Shown here: positions 23,044 to 33,216 of the stretch, piece after piece
Layout of the letters: every line of letters starts with the position of its first letter
Numbering within the stretch: position 1 is the first letter of the stretch
Assembly: GCA_965652295.1 (NCBI GenBank)
Contig: CBFGTS010000010.1
Location: forward strand, 120,544 to 184,543
Reading direction: 5' to 3'
DNA from: an uncultured Haloferula sp.
GTDB lineage: Bacteria; Verrucomicrobiota; Verrucomicrobiia; Verrucomicrobiales; Akkermansiaceae
Length of the DNA: 64,000 nucleotides
The notes under the pieces: model-generated
The model's database searches: none
What the model saw: the letters and a program-made list of their open reading frames with translations, nothing else
Told to the model about the DNA's origin: nothing
Translations under genes and position numbers: made by a program

Positions 23044-24474
23044 TCAATCGTCGAGAAACTTCCCGGGATTGAGCGTGCCGGCGGGGTCGAGCGCATCTTT
23101 CAAAGCACGATGGATCTCAAGGCCGGTGGTGCCGAGCGCCTGGTGGATCCAAGGCTTTTTCGCGAGGCCGACGCCGTGCTCGCCGGTGATCGCGCCGCCG
23201 TGATCGAGCACCCAGGTGAAAAGCCGGTCGAGCGCGGCGTCGGCCTTTTTTCGGGTGGCGGGGTCGGCGTAGTCGGCGACCATCAGGTTGGTGTGGATGT
23301 TGCCATCGCCGGCGTGGCCGAAGCAGGCGACGGAAATGCCGGTTTCCTTTTCCAGCTCGCGGGCAAATTCGACCAGCTCGACGAGCTTCGAGCGGGGCAC
23401 GACGATGTCTTCGTTGAGCTTGGTCAGCCCGGTGTCGCGCAGCGAGTAGGAGAACTCGCGGCGGAGCTGCCAGATCGCTTCGCAGGCCTCTTCCGTATCG
23501 GCGCGATCGATCCGGGTCGCACCCAGTTTTTCGAGTAGGGTTCCCAGTTCCTCGATCTCCGAAGCGACGGCGCGCGGTCGGCCATCGACCTCGACGATGA
23601 GGTGGGCGTTTCCAGCCGGCAGGCGATCGGCACCGAGGCGGTTGCGGGCGGCGGCGAGCGTGAAGCCGTCGGTGATTTCCAGAGCGGAGGGCAGGTGGCC
23701 GGAGTTGAGGATGCCCTGGACCGCTGTGGCGGCGGCGGCGAACTCGGGGAAAACCGCGGCGAGCATCGCGCGCGCGGGCGGACGCGGGATCAGGCGGACG
23801 GTGGCGGTGGTGACGATGCCGAGCATGCCTTCCGATCCGGTGAAAAGCCCGACGAGATCGAAGCCGGTCTTGTTCTTGTGGACGCGCCCGCCGCATTTGA
23901 GAACCTGGCCGTCGGCGAGCACGACCTCGAGGCCGAGGATGTAATTACGGGTGACGCCGTACTTCAGACAGCGCGGTCCGCCGGCGTTGGTGGCGATGTT
24001 GCCGCCGATCGAGCACTCTTTCAGCGAAGCTGGATCCGGCGGGTAGTCCCAGCCGACTTCCCTCGCCGCCTGTTGGAGGTCGCCGGTGATCACGCCGGCC
24101 TGCACCACCGCGACGCCGTCGGTGGGGTTCACCTCCACGATGCGGTTCATGCGCGCCAGCGAAAGGGCGATGCCGCCCTTCAAAGGTACGCAGCCGCCGA
24201 CGTAGCCGACACCCGCGCCCCGGGTGGTCACGGGGATGCCGGCTTCATGGGCGAACTTCATCACCGCGACGACATCGTCCGTGCTTTCCGCGAAAACGAC
24301 GACATCGGGCGGGTGGGCGGCATACCACTTGTCGGTCGAGTGGACCTCGATGTCCGCGGCCTGGCGCGAGACCTTGTCCGGGCCGAGTCGCTGCTCCAGC
24401 TCCTCGGCTAGATCGGCAGGGGTGGCCGGCTCCAGGTCGTCGTCGAGATTCTCGAAAACCTCACCCTCGTCCAT
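23044..24474 (-). CDS. FAD-linked oxidase, GlcD/D-lactate dehydrogenase family
   Basis: RGAGVGYVGG, PPDPAS, SIGGNIATNAGG, GSEGMLG, GHAGDGNIH, GEHGVG, LNPGK. Start placed at MDEGEV. Confidence 0.9.
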   Translation of the reverse strand: MDEGEVFENLDDDLEPATPADLAEELEQRLGPDKVSRQAADIEVHSTDKWYAAHPPDVVVFAESTDDVVAVMKFAHEAGIPVTTRGAGVGYVGGCVPLKGGIALSLARMNRIVEVNPTDGVAVVQAGVITGDLQQAAREVGWDYPPDPASLKECSIGGNIATNAGGPRCLKYGVTRNYILGLEVVLADGQVLKCGGRVHKNKTGFDLVGLFTGSEGMLGIVTTATVRLIPRPPARAMLAAVFPEFAAAATAVQGILNSGHLPSALEITDGFTLAAARNRLGADRLPAGNAHLIVEVDGRPRAVASEIEELGTLLEKLGATRIDRADTEEACEAIWQLRREFSYSLRDTGLTKLNEDIVVPRSKLVELVEFARELEKETGISVACFGHAGDGNIHTNLMVADYADPATRKKADAALDRLFTWVLDHGGAITGEHGVGLAKKPWIHQALGTTGLEIHRALKDALDPAGTLNPGKFLDD

Positions 24475-24642
24475 ATCCGGCTGGTGTGCGGGACGTTGGG
24501 CATCTCCGGCGACGGTCGAGCGGATCCAGGAATTGCGTTTGGGCGGCAGTTTCACGGGAGCCGCACCGTCCACCCGCAGCGTCCGGCGGTCAATGGAGGA
24601 GTGGTGCTTGCGACGGGCGGGGTGAGCGTCGAGCGTGCCGTC

Positions 24643-25509
24643 ATGCCTCGGGATATCGCGCGGGAGGTGGCCGCCCACTACGACGATCTGGATCCGTTTT
24701 ACCGCCGGATCTGGGGCGAGCAGGTCCACCACGGCCTGTGGTTGCGAGGGGATGAATCGCCGGAGGAAGCCGCGCTCGGCATGACGCGCCTGGTCGGCAC
24801 GCGGCTGCGGCTGGAGCCCGGGATGCGGGTGTGCGATGTGGGCTGCGGATACGGCCGGACGGCGGCGGAAATGGCGGAGATGTTCGGTGTGTCGGCGCAG
24901 GGGCTCACGCTTTCGGCCCGGCAGGCGGAGGTGGCGGCGAGGCGGGGCGACCCGCGGGTGGAGATCCGCTGCGGCGACTGGTTGGAGAATGATTTGGCGG
25001 ATGCTTCGTTCGACGCCGCGCTGGCGGTCGAGAGCACCGAGCACATGCCGGATCCTGCGAAGGCCATCGCCGAAATGGCGCGGGTGGTGAAGCCGGACGG
25101 CCGGGTGGTCTTGTGCTGCTGGCTGCGTGTTGCCGACGCGCGGCGATGGGAGAACCTGCACTTGCTCGATCCGATCTGCAGGGAGGGCCGGCTGGCAGGC
25201 ATGGGCACGGAAAACGACTACCGCCGCTGGCTCACCGAAGCCGGGCTGGAACTCGAGCGGGTCGAGGATTTCAGCCGGGAAGTCGAGCGCACCTGGCCGG
25301 TGTGCCTCCGCCGCAGCGTGGGGGCCTTTTTCCGCGACCCGAACATGCGGCGCTTTCTCCTCGATCGCCACGAACAGAACCGCGTGTTCGCCATCACGCT
25401 GCTGCGGATCTGGATCGCCTATGTCGTCGGTGCGATGAGGTATCTGGTTTTCACCGCGCGTCGTCCCGGGACGGAAAACGGGATTGCCGGGGTGGAAGGG
25501 GGTCCTTAG
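24643..25509 (+). CDS. Class I SAM-dependent methyltransferase (tocopherol/sterol methyltransferase-like)
   Basis: VAAHYD, WGEQVHHGLW, VCDVGCGYG, ESTEHMPD, RVVKPDG. Confidence 0.85.
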   Translation: MPRDIAREVAAHYDDLDPFYRRIWGEQVHHGLWLRGDESPEEAALGMTRLVGTRLRLEPGMRVCDVGCGYGRTAAEMAEMFGVSAQGLTLSARQAEVAARRGDPRVEIRCGDWLENDLADASFDAALAVESTEHMPDPAKAIAEMARVVKPDGRVVLCCWLRVADARRWENLHLLDPICREGRLAGMGTENDYRRWLTEAGLELERVEDFSREVERTWPVCLRRSVGAFFRDPNMRRFLLDRHEQNRVFAITLLRIWIAYVVGAMRYLVFTARRPGTENGIAGVEGGP

Positions 25510-25517
25510 TCGTGGGA

Positions 25518-28085
25518 ATGCGATTGAGGCTGGTGTGGATGGGTTCTCTGCTGTGCCTGCTGGCACCTGCTCACGGCAGCGAAGAGGTGGTCAAGGGACC
25601 GCCGCCCGGATGGGTGGTCGATGTGGAGGCCGTGGAGGCGGAGGAAGTCGATGGTTCCTTCCACTACCGCCTGGTGGATGTGCAGGAGCACGCGGAAACG
25701 AAAGAGGTTTATGAGCGGTTCGTTGTCGAGTTGACGAACGAGGCGGGAGTCGAGGAGTTCTCGCAGCTCGATTTCGAATTCCAGCCGGAGTATGAAACCC
25801 TGACGCTGCACGAACTCACGATCGAGCGTGGCGGCGAAATCCAGGATCGTTTGCCGGAGTTGTCCGTCGAGATCCTGCGGCGTGAGGAAGGGCTGGAGCA
25901 GAGCCTTTACAACGGTGCTCTGACGGCGCTGGTCGTGCTGGAAGACATCCGCCCCGGCGATGTCTTGTCCTATGCCTACACGACGAGCGGGGCGAACCCA
26001 GTGTTCGCCGGGCGTCTGCACCAGTTCCGTCGCTTGGGTTTCTCCGTGCCGATCGGCGCTCTTCACCGGCGGCTGCTGTGGGACCCCGAGGTCCGGACGG
26101 TGGCGTGGAAAATCCATCTCGGAGATGAAGACCGAGTTCAACAGCGGCGGGTTGGAGAACTCGACGAGCTTTTGTGGAGCCGCCAAAACGTCCCGCGGAT
26201 GAATCCGGAAGCGAACACGCCCGTCTGGGTGTTCGATGATCCATGGCTGGAGTATTCCGACTTCACCGATTGGGAGGATTTCGGGAAATGGGTGCTGCCC
26301 CTTTACTCCAACCCGGAGCCGCTGCCTGCGGAGCTGGCGTCCGTGTGCGAGGGCATCCGTGCCCTGCCGGGCAGCGACGAGGAAAAGATCGTCGCCGCCT
26401 TGCGCTGGGTGCAGCGGAACATCCGCTACCTTGGCAGCTTTTTCGGTGAACATACCCACGCGCCTTACCCCTTGGAGGAGATCTGCCGCCGGAGGTTCGG
26501 CGACTGCAAAGACAAGGGAACGCTGATGGTGGCCATGCTCCGCGAGCTGGGCTACGACGCGGCACCCGCTCTGGTGAATACCGGGGCACGGCGTGCGGTG
26601 GGCGACTACCTGCCGGGCCGGCGGTGCTTCGATCATTTCGTGGTCCACCTCAGGTTCGAAGGAGAGGATTTCCTGCTCGATCCCACCGCCACGTATCGTC
26701 GTGGGCGCCTTGAGGATCTCTACACGCCGGACTATGGGCTGATGTATATTGTCCGTCCCGAAAGCCGCGGGCTGACTCCCGTGCCAACGCGCGGATGGGA
26801 CCAGGGAACCACCGAGATCAGCGAGACCTACACCATCGCCGAAAGGTTTGGGCCGGCCGAGTTGAAGGTGGAGACGACCGCCACGGGAGCGGACGCGGAT
26901 TACCTGCGCTACTACTTTGCGGAGAATTCGCGGGAAGAAGTGACGGACGAGTACACCGACTTCTATGGGAATGATTTTCCGGGCATCGAGAGCCTTGCCG
27001 CTGTGGAATTCTCCGACGACGAAGAGGCCAACCGGGTCGAAATCGTCGAGCGGTATCGAATCCCCGGGTTTTGGACGAGATCGGAGAAAGAGCGTCGCTG
27101 GGACGCCTGGGTGGTGGCGTCGTTTCTCCGCGGCAAAGTCCCGCTGCCCGCGGAGAAGGTTCGGGAACGGCCGTATGCCCACTCCCATCCAAACCGGGTG
27201 CGGCAGCGGATCGAGGTCAAGCTGACGGAGGCATGGGACGTCGAAGTCAAAGAGGTCAAGATCGACGATCCGGCGTTCCGCTACCGCTCGGCGGTGACGT
27301 TGAAGCCCAAGGGTTTCGTGATGGACTTCAGCTATCAGTCCCTTGCCAGTGCGGTGGAGCCGCAAGCCTTCGGAGCCTATCGCGAGGCGGTCGATCGCCT
27401 GAGGGAGGATCTCTCGATGCGGCTTTGGTATATCGAGCCGGCCGCTCCTGCGGCATCAGAACCGGTCGCGGATCCGGAGGAAGCGGTCGGCCGATCGATG
27501 GGGCTGGTGTTGGTTGGAGGCGGAGCGGCTGCGGGCATGCTGGTTGGGCTCCTCGCCGGCGTCATCCTGTGGTTCTGGGATCCGGCACCGCGGGCTCCGG
27601 GCACGCGGGGTTATCAAGGTCTCGGTGGCTGGATGGTGCTGCCGGTCATCGGATGCGTCTTGCTGCCTTTGGTCAGCCTCGTCCAAATCGGAGCCCTCTT
27701 TGGGAATCTGGATGACATGGCCGTGGTTTTGGCCGTGGAAGAAGGTTTCATCGGCTGGAGATCCTACTACGTCCTTTCCGCATTCGGGAACGGGCTGTTC
27801 ACCTTGCTGGGAGTGCTTCAGGCGGTGCTGCTTTTTCGGAAGCGGACGTCGTTTCCGTGGATCTTCATCGGTCTCTCCGCCGCCTCGGTGACCGCCAATC
27901 TGATGCTCCTCGGCATGGAGGGCTCACTTATGGACTTCGATCCGGAGACGGGTAGTGAAAAGGATGTGGCGCGGGGGGTGGGCAGGCTGCTGGTCTGGGG
28001 CTCCTACATGGTGATGTCCGAGCGGGTGAAGGCGACCTTCATTCGCCGGAGGAAGCCCATGCCGCCGCCCTTGCCGGGCGGTTGA
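25518..28085 (+). CDS. DUF3857 + transglutaminase-like protein with C-terminal membrane (DUF2569-like) domain
   Basis: Signal peptide, PPPGWV, DIRPGDVLSYAYT, triad motifs RFGDCKDK / FDH / LDPT, then GLGGW, TM helices and SERVKATF. Confidence 0.85.
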   Translation: MRLRLVWMGSLLCLLAPAHGSEEVVKGPPPGWVVDVEAVEAEEVDGSFHYRLVDVQEHAETKEVYERFVVELTNEAGVEEFSQLDFEFQPEYETLTLHELTIERGGEIQDRLPELSVEILRREEGLEQSLYNGALTALVVLEDIRPGDVLSYAYTTSGANPVFAGRLHQFRRLGFSVPIGALHRRLLWDPEVRTVAWKIHLGDEDRVQQRRVGELDELLWSRQNVPRMNPEANTPVWVFDDPWLEYSDFTDWEDFGKWVLPLYSNPEPLPAELASVCEGIRALPGSDEEKIVAALRWVQRNIRYLGSFFGEHTHAPYPLEEICRRRFGDCKDKGTLMVAMLRELGYDAAPALVNTGARRAVGDYLPGRRCFDHFVVHLRFEGEDFLLDPTATYRRGRLEDLYTPDYGLMYIVRPESRGLTPVPTRGWDQGTTEISETYTIAERFGPAELKVETTATGADADYLRYYFAENSREEVTDEYTDFYGNDFPGIESLAAVEFSDDEEANRVEIVERYRIPGFWTRSEKERRWDAWVVASFLRGKVPLPAEKVRERPYAHSHPNRVRQRIEVKLTEAWDVEVKEVKIDDPAFRYRSAVTLKPKGFVMDFSYQSLASAVEPQAFGAYREAVDRLREDLSMRLWYIEPAAPAASEPVADPEEAVGRSMGLVLVGGGAAAGMLVGLLAGVILWFWDPAPRAPGTRGYQGLGGWMVLPVIGCVLLPLVSLVQIGALFGNLDDMAVVLAVEEGFIGWRSYYVLSAFGNGLFTLLGVLQAVLLFRKRTSFPWIFIGLSAASVTANLMLLGMEGSLMDFDPETGSEKDVARGVGRLLVWGSYMVMSERVKATFIRRRKPMPPPLPGG

Positions 28086-28101
28086 ACCGGCAGGGTAGAT
28101 C

Positions 28102-28130
28102 TTGACCCTCGGCGGCGCATGGCCTACCCG
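28102..28130 (+). promoter_or_regulatory. Possible sigma70-type promoter of ahpC
   Basis: TTGACC-N17-TACCCG about 30 nt upstream of the ahpC start. The -10 element is weak. Confidence 0.35.
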
Positions 28131-28159
28131 CGCCGCGGCTTCAACCAGCCGTTCGTATC

Positions 28160-28795
28160 ATGCCCGTACTTGTAGGAAAAAAAGCGCCGGTTTTCCGCGC
28201 CAAGGCCGTCCAGCGCGAGACCATCATCGAGGACTTCTCGCTCGAGCAGTTCATCGGCAAGAAGTATGTCGTGTTCTTCTTTTACCCGAAGGATTTCACT
28301 TTCGTCTGCCCGACCGAACTTCACCGTTTCCAGGAGGAACTCGCCGAGTTCGAAAAGCGCGATGTGGCCGTGATCGGCTGCTCGACCGACTCCGAGTTCT
28401 CGCACTGGGCTTGGCTGAACACGCCCCGTGAAAAGGGCGGCATCGAGGGCGTGAGCTACCCGCTCGTGGCCGATATCAACAAGACCATTTCCGAAGCCTA
28501 CGATGTGCTCGCCGGTGAGCCGACGATCGATGACGAGGGCAACTACACCGTCGAGGGTGAGCTGGTCGCCTATCGCGGGCTGTTCCTCATCGATAAAGGC
28601 GGGGTCGTCCGCCACCAGATCGTCAACGACATGCCGCTGGGTCGCTCGATCCGCGAGTGCCTGCGCGTCGTCGATGCGCTCCAGCACTTCGAGGAGTTCG
28701 GCGAGGTCTGCCCGATGGATTGGCAAAAGGGCGACAAGGGAATGACGGCCGATCACAAAGGCGTGTCCGACTACCTCGGCGGCCAGGCGGGCTGA
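28160..28795 (+). CDS. ahpC: 2-Cys peroxiredoxin (alkyl hydroperoxide reductase C)
   Basis: FFYPKDFTFVCPTE, YRGLFLID, GEVCP. Confidence 0.95.
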   Translation: MPVLVGKKAPVFRAKAVQRETIIEDFSLEQFIGKKYVVFFFYPKDFTFVCPTELHRFQEELAEFEKRDVAVIGCSTDSEFSHWAWLNTPREKGGIEGVSYPLVADINKTISEAYDVLAGEPTIDDEGNYTVEGELVAYRGLFLIDKGGVVRHQIVNDMPLGRSIRECLRVVDALQHFEEFGEVCPMDWQKGDKGMTADHKGVSDYLGGQAG

Positions 28796-28814
28796 GTCGT
28801 TTTCGTTTTTCCGC

Positions 28815-28850
28815 AAAAGCCGGACGTGCCGAGGCGCGTCCGGCTTTTTT
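28815..28850. terminator. Bidirectional intrinsic terminator
   Basis: AAAAGCCGGACG ... CGTCCGGCTTTTTT hairpin between convergent genes. Confidence 0.85.
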
Positions 28851-28854
28851 GCGC

Positions 28855-29415
28855 TCAGAGCGGCGGCAGGCTGTCGAGCAGGTTGGTCCAGCGGATGGTG
28901 GTTCCGTGCTCGGCGCACCAGCGTTCGATGTACGGGACGTCGAGGGTTTCCGGCCCTTGGACGGCCACGACGTCGCGCGCGTCTTCGAGATCCTTCGGCC
29001 GGCCCCAGCGGAGTTTCTGCACCACCACGTCTTCCGCGGTCGGGAGCCAGATGGTGCGCTGAAGCTGGTTGGATCGGAGTTGAACCCGGCGCCCGAAAGA
29101 CTCCATGACGAATGGGTCGTCAAAGAGTTCGAAAAGTTCGATCACAAAGCCCGGCTCCAACAATGACTGCCCGATGTGCCTTCTGCCCCATGTGGGGGTA
29201 TCGAACTGGACTTGGGGCGAAAACCGCACCGCCCTCACAAGGTGATTCACGATTTCGGGGATGGAGCCGCGCCTCACATCGACCACGACATCGAAGTCTT
29301 TGGTCGAACGAGGAATGCCGTAGTAATTGAAGGCGAAGGCGCCGGTTACCATGTGATCCGCCCCAGTTTCTTCGCACGCTTCGAGGACGGCCGCTGCAGT
29401 CGGGCTTACGTTCAT
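28855..29415 (-). CDS. Nucleotidyltransferase, AbiEii/MenT-like (putative toxin)
   Basis: MVTGAFAFNYYGIPRSTKDFDVVV (G..A...RxTxDxD) and KLRWGRPKDLED. Confidence 0.75.
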   Translation of the reverse strand: MNVSPTAAAVLEACEETGADHMVTGAFAFNYYGIPRSTKDFDVVVDVRRGSIPEIVNHLVRAVRFSPQVQFDTPTWGRRHIGQSLLEPGFVIELFELFDDPFVMESFGRRVQLRSNQLQRTIWLPTAEDVVVQKLRWGRPKDLEDARDVVAVQGPETLDVPYIERWCAEHGTTIRWTNLLDSLPPL

Positions 29416-29681
29416 CTGGCAACGGTGTAGCGACCATGTTCATCGGCTTTCCGCAAGCGGGCGAGCCGTTCGATCAGCTTCGTTCGACCTTCTTTTTCGC
29501 AGGAAGTCCCTGCTTGCCAAAGAGCACCTTCGAGCATGCGTTGAAAGGAAGCATTCGTCAGATCAAAGCCCGCTTCGAACCTCTCCTCCGGCGTCATCGC
29601 GCGGGCGCGAAGGACCTTCTCCCGGTAAATCGAGTCCTGGAGATCCTGAAGCGCGGTGGGATGCTCGTGGGGATTGCCCAT
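29412..29681 (-). CDS. Small helical protein, putative antitoxin partner
   Basis: 89 aa from ATG 29681. ATGA overlap with the NTase gene. Contains RARAMTPEERF. Confidence 0.65.
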   Translation of the reverse strand: MGNPHEHPTALQDLQDSIYREKVLRARAMTPEERFEAGFDLTNASFQRMLEGALWQAGTSCEKEGRTKLIERLARLRKADEHGRYTVAR

Positions 29682-29734
29682 CGCGGGAAAGATGCCCGAG
29701 CACGGGGCTTGGCGCAATCACGGCGTCGCGGCTT

Positions 29735-31768
29735 TCAGCGGGTGCCGTAGATTTCCACGTCCGCGATCCCGACGGCCTTGCCGCTGGCGGCGGCTTGCAA
29801 GCGGATGCGGGCGAAGCGAGCCCGGACGGGGGAAACCGCGATGTCGTCGGTGTCGCCGCCGACCTCCATCCGGGTGTCCACATTGCGCCAGCGCTTGCCG
29901 TCCTCGCTGACCTGCAGTGCGAAGCCGGCGGCGCGGGGCTCGCCGGGCAGGTGGCGCACGAGATAGCGGCGAATCGACTTCGGCGTGCCGAAATCAAAGC
30001 CCAGCCACGGCTCGCGCACGGTGCTGGTCCAAGGGGTGGCCGGAGAGCCGTCGGCAGCGGCCGTGGCATCGCCATTGCTCGATCTCAGGACGGTCGCGGG
30101 GTCGAGGCAGAGGTTGTAGGCCAAGTCCTCGGCTTGGTTGCGGAGGTTGAAAAAGTGATCCGCCCGCACGAATTCCACCTTGTCAGGGAACTCCTTCTTC
30201 AGGTTGTCGTGCAACTCGACGATCCGCGGCGGTTTCATTTCGTGCCACACGTCCATCTGGTAGGCGAGGAACAGGGGTTCCTTTCCGTCCCACCGCTCGA
30301 TCGCACGGCTGAGGTCGCCGTGGATGTGCTCGTAGGAGCCGGCGTAGGGGATGCGGAGCTTCTCGAAACGCAGACGGTTGTTTTCGAGACTTTCGGCGAC
30401 CGAGGGGACATCCTTGAAGTTCTGGACGGTGAGCCCGTAGAGCTGCGGGCCATGGCGCTCATAGGACGCGCGTTGCGGGGAGGTGGCGTTGTCCCAGATG
30501 GTGATCACCCGCATGCCCGCCCGCTCCATGTAGCGTCCGGTCAGCCGGGCGTAGCCATCCATGCGTTGGATGTCGGTGGTGAAAGGTCCGACGGGTGCCC
30601 CTTCCTCCTCAAGCGTGTTGTAGGGGATCAGGTAGCCCATCCCGGACGGACCGGAAACGAAGCAGTCGTTTGAAGTCGCAGATCCATAGTAGTAGTTCAA
30701 CAGCCCCGGTCCGATGTCCACGAGGCCGGGCGCGATGGTCCAATTGAGCGGGACCTTTCCCCGGACGTCCTCGCTGCGGTCCCAGATCATGCGCATCGCG
30801 TGCTGGACGTATTGGATGTTGTCGCCGTCGCTGATGAACATCGCCACGTAGATCTTGTCTTCCAGTGCCGGCATCCGCGGCACGGGCGGGACCTTGATTT
30901 CGCGCGGACCTCCGGAGAAGACGGTCGAGCCGTTGTAGAAGTCCGAGGGGATGGTGCCGATGCCGAATTCGGACGCGGTGGTGATCCCCGAGCGCTCGGT
31001 GGCATACCAGCCGAGCGCCACGGCATCACCCGCAGGCATGTCGCGGAAGAAGGAGCCCAGCATCTCGCGTTCCTCCTTCTGCCGCGGATCCAGCCATACG
31101 ACCGCCCCGCCGCAGGCCGCCGCCATGTCCCGCGTGTGGTGGAGGTCGCCGCCGCGGGTGAAGGGGCGGGCGCTGACGAGCAGGCGCTTGGTGCAGCGCT
31201 GCCAGTAGGTTTCGCGCAGGTGGCCGTAGATCTCGGTGGGCCGGGTGAAGGTCAGTCCGGTGAGGTCGGCGAGGATCTTGGGGTCCCAGCCGTGGGAAAC
31301 GATGGAAGCGAGGACTTCGCGCGTGACGGGAAGCGCTTCCTCAAGGCCGGCCACGGTGCCTGCGAGGTTGCGGTAGTGCTCGCTACGGGAATGATCGTAA
31401 AGCACCACGCCGCGGAGTTCGCCCGAGTATTTGGCGATCAGGTCGTAGCGGTCGTCGGCATCGTGGATCTTGAACTTCTTGACGCCTGTTCCGGGTGTTT
31501 CGAGCCAGGTGTCGCGGCCTTCGCCGGCCCGGTCATCGAGCAGGATGAAACGGGGCTGCTTCCGGTTCACCCGGCCCTGGAGGGCGGAAAAGGTGATCTG
31601 TTCGTCGGGCCGCAGGTCCTGGACGATCAAGGCATCGAGCCGGTCGGCGGGGGCCGGGAAGGCCGGCAGCGGCTGGCCTTCCGGCCAGGAGATTTCGGAG
31701 GTTTCCGCGGTGGCGATGACCCACGGCAGAAGCGCCGCAACGAGGAGGAAGGAAAGGCGGGAGAGCAT
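29735..31768 (-). CDS. GxGYxYP-family putative glycoside hydrolase with C-terminal F5/8 (discoidin/CBM32-like) domain
   Basis: Signal peptide, LQGRVNR, SDGDNIQY, GPSGMGYLIP. C-terminal AADGSPATPW...WLGFDFG...SEDGKRW...ARFARI...EVEIYG. Confidence 0.85.
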   Translation of the reverse strand: MLSRLSFLLVAALLPWVIATAETSEISWPEGQPLPAFPAPADRLDALIVQDLRPDEQITFSALQGRVNRKQPRFILLDDRAGEGRDTWLETPGTGVKKFKIHDADDRYDLIAKYSGELRGVVLYDHSRSEHYRNLAGTVAGLEEALPVTREVLASIVSHGWDPKILADLTGLTFTRPTEIYGHLRETYWQRCTKRLLVSARPFTRGGDLHHTRDMAAACGGAVVWLDPRQKEEREMLGSFFRDMPAGDAVALGWYATERSGITTASEFGIGTIPSDFYNGSTVFSGGPREIKVPPVPRMPALEDKIYVAMFISDGDNIQYVQHAMRMIWDRSEDVRGKVPLNWTIAPGLVDIGPGLLNYYYGSATSNDCFVSGPSGMGYLIPYNTLEEEGAPVGPFTTDIQRMDGYARLTGRYMERAGMRVITIWDNATSPQRASYERHGPQLYGLTVQNFKDVPSVAESLENNRLRFEKLRIPYAGSYEHIHGDLSRAIERWDGKEPLFLAYQMDVWHEMKPPRIVELHDNLKKEFPDKVEFVRADHFFNLRNQAEDLAYNLCLDPATVLRSSNGDATAAADGSPATPWTSTVREPWLGFDFGTPKSIRRYLVRHLPGEPRAAGFALQVSEDGKRWRNVDTRMEVGGDTDDIAVSPVRARFARIRLQAAASGKAVGIADVEIYGTR

Positions 31769-31888
31769 GGCGATGAGCCGCCGGAGAACCGGTCGGGCTC
31801 AGCCTACGCCCGCCGCCGTGGGGCGCTTTCACAGGTGCCCATTTTGCGGATAGAATGGCGCGCCGCGGGCTGACGGCAGCCCCTTCGA

Positions 31889-33199
31889 TCACGCAACGCC
31901 GCTGGCGATGCGCGCGAATTTCTCGTCGAGGAAACGGAGAACCATCTCCTCCACTTTCTCGTCGCCGAGGCGGGCGATGACCTCGACCGAGAAGCCGCGG
32001 GCGATGAGCTGGCGGGCGCGGTCCGGGTCGATGCCGCGGGTCTGGAGGTAGAAGATTTCCTCGTCGCTGATCTGCGCGCTGGTGCTGCCGTGGGAGCACT
32101 TGACGTCGTCGGCGTTGATCTCGAGGCCGGGCATGGAATTGGCCTCGGCTTCGTCGCTCATGAACAGGTTGCGGCAGGTCTGATAGGCGTCGGTGCGGTG
32201 AGCTCCTTCATCGACGAAGATCAGACCGGAGAAAACGGTACGGGACTTGTCGTAGAGCGAGTTCTTGTAAAGCAGATCGCTGTAGGCGCCGGGTGAGACG
32301 TGGTGCTGGAAGGTGCGCTGGTCGTATTCCTGTCCGCGGGCGGGGACGCTGACGCTGAGCATGTCCGAGTGCGAGCCTTCGCCGGTGAGCCGGCACATGG
32401 CTTCGTTGCGGGCCCAGGAGGCACCGGTGTTGAGGACGAAGGCGGTGGCTGCGGCGTCCTTTTCCACGCCGGTTTCGTTGATCTGAACGACCTTGGTTTT
32501 GTCGTTGAAGGCCTGGATGGCGAGGTAGTCGAGCTTCGAGCCCGGGCCGGCACAGAGGTCGTTGAAGGCGATGCACAGGCCACCGTCGTTATCGCCGGCG
32601 GATTGGAAGTAGTCGACGACGCGAACCTTGGAGTTGGCCCCGGTGACGATCAGCGTGTGCGGGAAGATGGCGGCTTTGTGGCCGGCGATCCAGTGGAACA
32701 CTTCGATGGTCCCCTCGACCACGACGCCTTCCGGTACGTGCACGAAGATTCCGTTGGAGACACGGGCTTCATGCAGGGCGGCCCATTTGGCGGAGCCGAG
32801 ACGGGTGTCCTCGCGCATGAAGTGTTCCTCGACCAAATCGGAGTGGAGCAGGAGCGCCTCGGCGAGTGGCAGGCAGATGACGTTTTTCGGCAGCTTGGAA
32901 TCGATCTCGATCAGCGTTTCGTTGACGAAGATGAATTTGGCGATCGGGGCCTCCACGCCTTGCGAACCCTCGATGATCGATCCGGTGTCCTCGGGCACCG
33001 GGACGTCGGCGCGGTAGCTGGAAAAATCGAGCTGCTTGAGGTTGCCGAAGCGCCAATTCTCGTCGCGGCGCGTGGGTGCGGGTGTTTCGAGAAAGCGTTG
33101 CCAGGCGGCCCGCTGGCGCTCGGCGAACCAAGCGGGCAGGTCCGGCGCGGTTTCCGGCGCGGAGTCGAGGATGGAGGTGGATTCGAGGGTGGCGGACAT
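31889..33199 (-). CDS. sufD: Fe-S cluster assembly protein SufD
   Basis: PTRRDENWRF, LEINADDVKCSHG, FYLQTRGI. Downstream of sufB. Confidence 0.93.
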   Translation of the reverse strand: MSATLESTSILDSAPETAPDLPAWFAERQRAAWQRFLETPAPTRRDENWRFGNLKQLDFSSYRADVPVPEDTGSIIEGSQGVEAPIAKFIFVNETLIEIDSKLPKNVICLPLAEALLLHSDLVEEHFMREDTRLGSAKWAALHEARVSNGIFVHVPEGVVVEGTIEVFHWIAGHKAAIFPHTLIVTGANSKVRVVDYFQSAGDNDGGLCIAFNDLCAGPGSKLDYLAIQAFNDKTKVVQINETGVEKDAAATAFVLNTGASWARNEAMCRLTGEGSHSDMLSVSVPARGQEYDQRTFQHHVSPGAYSDLLYKNSLYDKSRTVFSGLIFVDEGAHRTDAYQTCRNLFMSDEAEANSMPGLEINADDVKCSHGSTSAQISDEEIFYLQTRGIDPDRARQLIARGFSVEVIARLGDEKVEEMVLRFLDEKFARIASGVA

Positions 33200-33216
33200 G
33201 GAGAAAAGTTTGCTAG

